Source: an uncultured virus (IMG/VR IMGVR_UViG_3300035675_000007)
Lineage: Duplodnaviria; Heunggongvirae; Uroviricota; Caudoviricetes
IMG/VR virus record: IMGVR_UViG_3300035675_000007
Strand: one strand, 5' to 3'
DNA: 64,000 nucleotides
Made by a program: the position numbers and the translations under genes
Notes under the pieces: model-generated
Database searches by the model: none
Seen by the model: only the letters and a program-made list of their open reading frames with translations
What the model was told of the DNA's origin: nothing
Shown: piece by piece, positions 17,689 to 26,700 of the stretch
How positions within the stretch are numbered: the first letter of the stretch is position 1
Layout of the letters: each line of letters begins with the position of its first letter

Positions 17689-19041
17689 TTACTTCCTTCC
17701 CAGAAGCTTGACGACCTCCGGATCGTAGATGTTCTCCCAGCGCCTGGTTGCACTGGCCAACATCTCAACGGTCGGCTTGGCCTTGCGAGCCAGCGGGAGG
17801 TCTCCGACTTTCTCGATTAGTTCCTTGGCAAACGCGAGGTTGGCGAGGGCCTCGTTCCGCTCGCGCGTGAGATCTGAGACCTGCTTCCGGAGCGAGATGA
17901 TCTCGCCCACGGCAGCGATCTTTTCCTCCAGCGTTGAGACTGACTCCTGGATTGTCAGCTCCGCATTCGGAACGATCTCCTCGGCGCGAGTGACGTTGTC
18001 GCCGAGCGCCTCATCGTCGCCGGCCGCTGTCTCATCAGCGACCTGCTCCCGTGCGTTCCCAGGGTGGCTCCGGGAAGGAGCTTCCTGCGCCTCGGAATCG
18101 ATCGTTACGGTGACCCTCGTTCGCGCCGCTTCCTTATCGGGCTCAGGGGTCTCCGTGACCATCTCGTCATCTTCCTTCACGGTGATCGAACTGATCGTGA
18201 AGATGGTATCTGGGTCGCCGCTTGTCGTGTATGTCTCGGCCGGATTCCCCTGGCTGAGTACGACTGCGTCGACGTTTTCCTCAGTGATCTCGTCCTCGAT
18301 GATCGCCTCGTCCTCGATAACGGTTTCCGATTCGGGCGATGTCGAGAGCGACTTGACTGCGTAGTGGACCCACGAGCGCTGATTGGCAGGGATGCCAACG
18401 ATGCTCGCTTCCAGCAGGTGGATATCGTCGATGATCAGACCACCACCCTTGCGCTTGGTGGCATGGCGAACTTTCGCCCCGACTGAACATCCCAGCTTCG
18501 TTCCGTTCTGGATTGCGGACCATGCCTGCACGGCCCGGGGGTTGGCTTCATTGAGGCCCACGTCCAGATCGAGATCGATGATCGGGTTGCCTTCCTCATC
18601 GGCCCCGCGCTGGATCACCTGGGCATCCTCGACGCTCCCGAGGACATCCTCGGGGACGTTGTACGAGTGGTTGAGGAAGATCGTCATGTTCTCGCGTGCA
18701 CTCGCGGCCATCTTCTCGATGGCGACGGGTGTGATCTCATCGCCGACGAGATCCTTGACCGACGAGGAGGCCGTCGTCCGGAGGCGCTTCTTCTTGGTCC
18801 CGTCCGGTCCATCGACCTCGTATGCCTTGAGAAGATCGGTGAAGATCTTGAAGTCTGTACCGCTCATGGACTTGCTCCCCTCACAACGTTTTGCTGAGGC
18901 GTGCGCTGACGCAAAGGCCCGCGACTCATCGCCGTGGGAACTCAGCACGCTATTGAACGTGTTGCGAAACACGCCCTGGCAGTGTTCGGAGTAGCGGTCC
19001 CGAACGGCCTGCGGCAGTTCAGAGTTGCTCGAATACGGCAT
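17689..19041 (-). CDS. HK97-family prohead protease with N-terminal ChaB domain and C-terminal acidic/coiled-coil scaffold-like region
   Basis: ASSSVKDLVGDEI, IFLNHSY, GCSVGA and LLEASIVGIPAN protease motifs; N-terminal MPYSSNSELPQAVR...AFASAHASAKR matches ChaB. Confidence 0.85.
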   Translation of the reverse strand: MPYSSNSELPQAVRDRYSEHCQGVFRNTFNSVLSSHGDESRAFASAHASAKRCEGSKSMSGTDFKIFTDLLKAYEVDGPDGTKKKRLRTTASSSVKDLVGDEITPVAIEKMAASARENMTIFLNHSYNVPEDVLGSVEDAQVIQRGADEEGNPIIDLDLDVGLNEANPRAVQAWSAIQNGTKLGCSVGAKVRHATKRKGGGLIIDDIHLLEASIVGIPANQRSWVHYAVKSLSTSPESETVIEDEAIIEDEITEENVDAVVLSQGNPAETYTTSGDPDTIFTISSITVKEDDEMVTETPEPDKEAARTRVTVTIDSEAQEAPSRSHPGNAREQVADETAAGDDEALGDNVTRAEEIVPNAELTIQESVSTLEEKIAAVGEIISLRKQVSDLTRERNEALANLAFAKELIEKVGDLPLARKAKPTVEMLASATRRWENIYDPEVVKLLGRK

Positions 19042-20257
19042 CTTCGCTCTCCGATGTATCAGTGACCCCGGATGGCTTGGAGTTCACCAGCTCCGAGATG
19101 CACTCATCGAACTTGCGCGCCGCCACGTCCCAGGAAAAGGACGTCTTGACGTGCTGCCGACCTGCATCACCTAGTTCCCGGCGCAGTCCCTTCGACAGGT
19201 ACATGCGCTCCAGCGCCTCGGTGAAGGCGGGAATGCTCGGCAGCATCTGGTCTTCGCCCGAGGGAACCGTCTGCTCCCGTTCCGGTGCGAGGAGGATGCC
19301 GCCTGGCCCTACCACCTCGGTGATGGCCGAACAGTCCTGGGCGATGATCGGCACCCCGCATGCGGCTGCTTCAGCCAGCGTGAGCCCGAATCCCTCACCC
19401 CAGGATGTCGAGAGGAAGACATCGGCCGCGTTGTAGAGCGCCGCCAAGTCGTTCTCGGGCCATCCCCTGAAGGTGTCAATGTTTCCGGCGAAGTAGAATC
19501 GGTCCTTGATGTCCGGCCAGCGATCGAGAACCGCAGCCAGGTTGTACCCGGCCTGGTCGATCGGCATGCAGTGGAAGTGGACGATCACATCCCTGTGCTT
19601 CTTCATGAAGGGCGACAGGGCCTTGATCGAGTCGGGGAAGTTCTTGCGGATGCTGTTCCGGTCAACCCGGAGAACGACGAACGAGTCGGGGTCGTAGCCG
19701 AACGCAGCCTTCGCCTCACGCTTGGTTCGGACAGTCCTCCCGTCGCTCATCGTGATCTGCTTCTCGGAAACAGGACGGAAGACATTGCTGTTCACGCCGT
19801 GGTAGACCACCGGCGCCTCAATGAACTGGGCGGCGAACTTGGTGAAGGCCACCCATTTCCCGAACATAGCCAACTCCTGCCAGGCCGGCGGCTGGTTGTA
19901 GCCGTCGATCGGGGCATAGAGGACGAGCTTCTGATCGAGCAGAATCCGATCCGGGTCCCAGGGGTTGGCCAGCAGATACTTGATCACGACCTGCGGGTCA
20001 TTGAGGATGACGACCGCATCTGGCTGGACGGTCGCCAGTAGCTCCGTCACGCGCCTGAATCCATATAGGTCGCGCGGGTCGTTCAGGGTGGCGACGTACA
20101 TCTTGATCAGGGTCGGCCAGTGGTCGCCCCTGTAGTTCACCCCGAGGGCGTGGACATCGTGGCCGAATGTCTGAACCAGCCTGTCACCGACTTCGTGCGT
20201 TACGCGGGCGAATCCAGTGTGTGCGCCCGCGTCGCCAATCCAGAGAATCTTTGCCAT
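19019..20257 (-). CDS. Glycosyltransferase, GT-B fold (family 4-like)
   Basis: TGFARVT, HGVNSNVFRP, RNSIRKN, YNAADVFLSTSWGEGFGLTLAEAAACGVP. Confidence 0.9.
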   Translation of the reverse strand: MAKILWIGDAGAHTGFARVTHEVGDRLVQTFGHDVHALGVNYRGDHWPTLIKMYVATLNDPRDLYGFRRVTELLATVQPDAVVILNDPQVVIKYLLANPWDPDRILLDQKLVLYAPIDGYNQPPAWQELAMFGKWVAFTKFAAQFIEAPVVYHGVNSNVFRPVSEKQITMSDGRTVRTKREAKAAFGYDPDSFVVLRVDRNSIRKNFPDSIKALSPFMKKHRDVIVHFHCMPIDQAGYNLAAVLDRWPDIKDRFYFAGNIDTFRGWPENDLAALYNAADVFLSTSWGEGFGLTLAEAAACGVPIIAQDCSAITEVVGPGGILLAPEREQTVPSGEDQMLPSIPAFTEALERMYLSKGLRRELGDAGRQHVKTSFSWDVAARKFDECISELVNSKPSGVTDTSESEDAVFEQL

Positions 20258-20700
20258 TCACCTGCACCGTGCTGCTTATCAATGACATCACAAAGCGTTT
20301 CGTGGTCACGGAAATGGGCGAGCACGATGAAGTCGTGCCGCTTGAATGTGCGGAACCTACGAACGGCCTCGATCGGACTTTTGTCCTCGACCATGGCAAG
20401 GACGGCGGTCATGATCAGGTCACCGTATAGGGAGTCGTATTGCGGCCACGATCTTGGTGGCGCCCCGACTATCTTCCTGGCCTCGTCGAAATAGGGATGG
20501 CCGGTAAAGACCGGGAGGGCAGGCTCAATCCACTGCAAGTGCATTGGCGAAGGAGTTGACCTAGTAGCCAGCTGGGTAGCTCCAGGAGCCCTGCGCTCCC
20601 GGTCATATGTTTGCCAGTGGTCGCGGTGCGTCTCTCTCCACTTGCGCACCCGCTCCAGCTGGCGGCGGTGTCGCTCCGCGGCTGGGAGCGCCCGATTCAT
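20200..20700 (-). CDS. Hypothetical protein
   Basis: 166-aa ORF coupled (ATGA) to the giant fibre gene; no recognised motif. Confidence 0.5.
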   Translation of the reverse strand: MNRALPAAERHRRQLERVRKWRETHRDHWQTYDRERRAPGATQLATRSTPSPMHLQWIEPALPVFTGHPYFDEARKIVGAPPRSWPQYDSLYGDLIMTAVLAMVEDKSPIEAVRRFRTFKRHDFIVLAHFRDHETLCDVIDKQHGAGEWQRFSGLATRAHTLDSPA

Positions 20701-23700
20701 TTCCTGCGGACGGTTACCGGTATGCCCTCCGACGTGGACTGGATGCGTCCATCGGTGAAGGTAACGCGCCAGAAGATCAGGTAATCGCCAGCCACATCCA
20801 GGTCATGCTCGTCGAATTCGTACATGACGCCGCCGGATGCCACGCTCGTGATCACTGCATCCTCATCGACGGTGAAGCGCTTGTCGTCTTCCTTGCGCAT
20901 GCGGAACTTGACCGAGCACCCGCCCAGGTTCACGTACGTGACGGGGTCGCTGTCCTTTTCGTAGATGTTGCTCGCAACGGTGACCTTGTAGTCACCCTGG
21001 ACGAGCGTCGTCATGAGGGTGCTCCAATCGTTGTCGATCACAGCCGCCAGCTCTGTATGCAAAGCTTCGGCGCTGTATTCCGTGATCCCAGTCGTAGCCG
21101 CGTACTCCGTCGTCGAGAGGGAAGCATCCAGCTCGATGTTCGGGATATACGAGGGGATCAGGTAGGCATCGGCGGTGAAGGTCAGCCGGCGAATGTAGGC
21201 ACTGGCTGTGAAGGATGCCCCCGCTGTCCTGCGAAGGATTGCGTCCAGCGTCGCACTGGTTGAGCGAGTCGCACGGACAATCGCATCGAGATTGGCAAGA
21301 CTGACACGTTCGCCGCGTAGGACAGCGGAGGCGCTTACCGCGGTAGTCCTTGTCGATCGGACTACAGCATCGGTAACGAATGATCCCTGTCGCCAGGTCG
21401 AAATGAAGGCGTCGGCTGAGAAGGAGTAAACCGGCGACAGGCCGATTATGGCATCGGCCGAGAACGATTGAGACCTTGACGCGATGAAGTACGATGATGC
21501 CGTGAACGAATGGCTAACGACCAGGGCAATGTAAGCGCTGGCCGTAAAGGACTCGCTATGGACGCTCAGTACGATGGCATCTACGAGCAGCTGACCCTGT
21601 TCGGTACCCCGAACGGTGGCATCAGCTGTGAGCTGCTGAGCGACCGGCTTCAGTATTACTGCGCTGAGGCTGACCGGTTCCTGGTTGGTGGCCAGGATCA
21701 GCGCGTCGGCCGTAAGGCTAGCGGACGTCGTCCGGCTGATAACCGCATCGGCCGAGAACGAACCCTGGCCGCTAGAGGTGATATTGGCCGACGCGGTAAA
21801 CGCGCCCGTCTTCGTCTCAACCAGGAGCGCGTCAGCGCTCAGCCATCCTGATGTCGTTGAGAGAACGACGGCATCGGCGACCAGCGAGCCTGAGGACGGA
21901 GAGAGTGAGACCGCGTCTGCCGAGAACCCGTACGTTCGGGTGGTGCGAATGACGGCTGAGGCCGTCAGCTCCGCGGTCTGTGGCCGAGCGACGATCGCGT
22001 CGGCGGTGGCCGCTGTCTCCTGCGCTCGCAGGATGACTGCGTCGCCGTAAAGCGTATCAGAACGAGTGGCGTTGACAAGAGCGGATGCGCTGAAGTCCGC
22101 CGATCGCGTGGCACCGATAACCGCATCGGCAGTAAACGAAGCGCTCTGGGTCCCAAAGAATACGGCCGACAGGGTAATGAAGCCCGACGTCGGGGTGAGG
22201 ATGAACGCATCGGCGGTGAACGTGAATTGAGGATGCGGTTCCAGAACCCAGGCGTCCGCCGTAAAGCTGCCAGATCCCGGTCGCAGGATTACCGCGTCAG
22301 CTGTAAAGGAAACGGCCCCGCTGCTGCCTTTGACAATGGCATCAGCACCGAACGACCCGGCCGGCGTGGCGCGTATGATGGCGTCGGTCGTCAGGCTAGC
22401 CGAAGTGAAGCGTTGAAGGACGGCATCGGCGGTAAAGGGTTCGCTCGTCGTCCGCCTGACGACCGCATCTGCGCTGAGGCTTCCAGCCCCAATGGCTCTG
22501 ACAATGGCGTCGGCGTAAAGCGCCCCGGGTCGTTCTAGCAGTAGGATTGCATCGGTCGTCAGGCTAGCCGATTCCACCCGGCGAATGACAGCGTCGGCAG
22601 CGACCCCTTCTGCCCCTGTCCGCCTGACGACCGCATCCCCACTGATGCTTCCTGCGCGTTCGGCCAGGATGAAGGCCGATGCCGTGAAGTCGCCGCTGAC
22701 CGCCCACCGCAAGATCGCGTCGGCTGAGAACGATCCAGCCTGTTCGCCCTTGATGACGGCCGAGGTCGTGATGAACCCAGAGGTCGCCGTCTTGATGAAG
22801 GCGTCTGCGGTGAAGCTGAACTCGGGGTGCGGGTCGAGGACCCAGGCGTCTGCCGTGAGGGAGCCGCTCGCCTCCCTCTCGACGATGGCGTCGCCCGAGA
22901 AGCTGCCCGTGATCAGGCGCCGGACTACCGCGTCCGCCGAGTAATTGCCGGAGGTTGCTCGCCGTACAATGGCGTCGGTCGTCAGGTCTGCCTGGGTCGT
23001 GCGCCTGATTACGGCGTCGGCGGCGAGTAGGCCGCTTGCGGTGGATCTGACGACCGCATCCGCCCCGATCGAGCCGAGTTGTTCTCCCTTTGCGATCGAG
23101 TCTGCCGTGAACAACCCAGTCCGGGCAGCCGAGATGAACGCATCTGCAGAGAAGTCGCCAGGGATCGTCGCCTTGGCGATGGCGTCGGCAGACCACGAGT
23201 AGCCGTATGTCCGGCGTACAATCGCATCGGCCGTCAGGTCTGCCAGGGCCGAACGCTTGACCACAGAGTCAGCAACTAGTAGGCCGGTTGCGGTGGACCT
23301 GACGACCGCATCCGCCGCCAGCGAGCCGAGGCGGGATGCCAGGATAAAGGCCGACGCCGTGAAGGAATCGCTGAACCCCTTCTCGAAGATGGCATCGGCT
23401 GAGAAGGACGACCCGATCGTCGCCTTGATGATTGCCGAGGTGACGACGAACCCAGATGTCTGTGTCTGGATAAAAGCGCTGGCCGAGAAGCTGAACTGCG
23501 GATGAGGATCTAGGACCCAGGCATCCGCAGAGAGCGACTGGCTAGTGGTCGTTCGCAGGATGGAATCAGCAGCGAACGATCCGCTCGTTGATCCACCGAC
23601 GATCGCATCGGCAGCCAGCGAGTTGGACTGTGTCCCCTTGACGATGCCGTCTGCCGACAGGGAGCCAGCTCGTGTGGCCGAGATGAAGGCATCAGCCGAG

Positions 23701-26700
23701 AAGTCGTCGCTCTGGGTTGCAGCGATGACCGCCGAGGCGGTGAATGACCCGCCCTGCGACTTGGTCGCGATGGCGTCGGCGGTGATGGAGGCGGACTGCC
23801 CCAGCAGAACTACTGCATCTGCCGCGAAGGAGTCTGATGCGGTTGCCTTGATGACGGCCGAGGCGGTGAACGAACCGCTCTGGGTCTTCTTTGTTACGGC
23901 AGAGGCTAGGAATGTCGCCCCGCCCTTTGCCGCTCCGTAGTGGACAAGCACGCGCTCGGCAGGCAGGGCCGATAGGTAGTAGGCGACTTCGTCTACATCA
24001 CCGGTGAAGTGGTACGGGGTCGTGGCATTCCTGCGGCGTCCGATGTAGAAGTCGTCGCCATTCGGGACGTTCCACCCAGAGGCGCCAGTAAAGTCCTTCG
24101 ACCCGACCTCTCGGCCGTCAATGTAGAACCGCATGTAGCCGTCGCGGTCGGCCGTTCCGACGAAGTGGTGCCAGACATCCCCGTAGGCGAGTTGGACATC
24201 AATGAAGTAACCGCTGGAAATATTGAATGAAGCCCATTGCCCGCCCGCTATTCCATAAGACAGGCGCGACCCGGCGTTGTACCCCTCGTTGAACGAGTCC
24301 CACATGATGAAACTGCTGTTCAGCGGGAAGGTGATCCACGCCTCGATGGTGAAGTCGGAGTAGCCGATGGGCATCCCGGCGCCGACGATGTACTCGGAGG
24401 TAGTGCGGTCGAAGTAGATGGCGGTGTCGGGATCATTCGCCAGCGCACCCGACACGCCGAGCGTCGGGTCGTTGGTGATCGTTCCGTCGTATGTATCCCC
24501 GCCAGTACCGATGTTGTTGGCGAGCGTGCCCGATGGCTCGTCGAGCCGCCAGTAGCCGAGCGGGCTGTCGGCCAGAACTTCGGCAGCGTAGTCGTACCCG
24601 CCCCACGTCTTCTTGATGATGGCGTCGGCGGAGAATGAGTCGGACTGCCCCCGCAGGATCACCGCATCTGCGGCGAACGAACCAGGCTGCGTTGCCCTGA
24701 TGACCGCCGAGGCGGTAAACGAATCGGCCTGGGTCTTCTTCGTTATGGCGGAGGCGACGAAGGAGGCATGGGCGGCAGTGCCAGCAGCGTAGTGGGTGGC
24801 AACTTGCGCCGAAGTCAGTGCGGTGCCGTAGAGCGCCACCTCATCGAGGCTGCCGTTCCAGTAGCCGTGGTCAGTCGCTTGATAGATGGCACCGATGCAG
24901 AGGTAGGTAGTCCCGTCGCTGCACGTCACCGTGCCGGGATGTGTATGCGCTGGCTCCTCGCCGTCCACATAGATGTGCGACTCGGAGCCGTTCTTGGTCA
25001 AGACAACGTGGTGCCAGCCGGTGGTCAGCGCGTCGTCGGTGAGGACATAGGTCGTATCCGAGTTGAACTCGCTGCCGCGCAGTTTCCCGTCGCTATCGAG
25101 TTCGAATGTGGGGCCGGTGATGGACTCGGAGAGGATCGTCCGCTTGGCGCCAGTAGCGCCCCTATTGACCCATGCCTCGACGGTGAACGTATCGCCGACG
25201 TTCTGCCCGGTGTTGTTGTTGACGCGGACGTACTGGTCGGTCCCGTTGCAGGTGATGGCCGTGTTGGCATCGCCGGTCAGCGCCCCAGTGACTCCCAGAG
25301 TCGGCGCGAAGCGGTACACGCCATTCTGCGTACCTGTCTGATCGACAGCATCTGTTCCGCCTGACTCCCCGAGCCGCCAGTAGCCGACGGGAGAGTCGGC
25401 CAGAACCGTGGCAGCGTAGGTGCCGGGTCCCCACGTCCGCTTGATGACTGCGTCGGCGCCGAACGATCCGCTCTGCGTCCGCAGAACGACGGCATCTGCG
25501 GTGAAGTCACCGAACTGGGTGACGACACCAGACTCGATCTCGGCATCGGCAGAGAAGGAGTCCGATTCGGTCGTGAGGGTAATGGCATCAGCCGCGAAGG
25601 AGTCTGATGCGGTTGCCTGGACGATGGCGTCTGCCGAGAAATCGTCAGCAACAGCGGAGACGATGATGGCATCAGCCGTGATCGGCGGTGTCGATACCAT
25701 ACCCTTGATGGCAACGGTTGCCGCCGCCCATTGCTCTCCAGATCCAGAGGTGAACGCACCGGGATCTTCAGATGCGGCTTCTAGTTCCCTTCTGGCCGAC
25801 GCACACCCGGCTCCTTCGAAGTTGTTCCAATAATCGGCTCGAAGGTCTGTGTAGTTGCTGGGCGCTCCGGTGATAGCGATAGAGCCATCGTGGGCCATGA
25901 CCGCCAGCCAAAGCGTCTTGGCAGATCCCCACGACGGCGAGAGCGAGGGCGGATCGTATGATGGAGAGCCGCTGGTCGCCACCGCACTGATCTCGGGAAC
26001 GCCCGAGTAGTTGGTGATGACATAGCACTGCCACCCACCACCCTTTTCTTGTGGCGAACTGAAGAACTGGGTCGATGTTCCCTCGGTCCCATCGGCTATG
26101 CGATATAGCACTCCGAGAATACATTCGACGGCTGATGCATCGCACAGCTCAGTCCAACCAGCCTTGGCATTGATGGACACGTTGGTGTTCTCACCGAGAA
26201 CGACAACGAGCAGTTCGCCAGAAGAAGGCGCTCCGCCGGGGAATGTGACCGTGAACGGAACATCATTTCCCTTGAAGCCACCGTCAAGATGATCCACAGA
26301 CGGGAAGGCGGTGTCAGATGTGGAGGTGGTCTTCAGGATGACTGCGTCTGCGGTGAAGCTGGTCGGAGTAATGGTCGCCTTGATGACGCCATCAGCGCTG
26401 AACGAGTCTGACTGCGTGCCGAAGACGACCGCATCGGCCGAGAAGGAATCGGACTCGGTCGCCTTGATTACAGCCGAAGCGGAGAACGAACCTGATTGCG
26501 TCTTGGCAATGACAGCCGAGGCGGTGATGGCGAACGGGTAGGCGGCGGAGTAGTTGTCGAGGGTTACGGTGATCGGCCAGTTCGTCGCCCCGGTCGCATA
26601 CAGGAAGACACCCGTGTCGCCCGCCGCCGTGAGGTTCGAGTCGAGCGCGCTGATCTGCCAGTCAGGCTCGGCTGTCCCGACCTCCCATGTCTTTGCCCGG

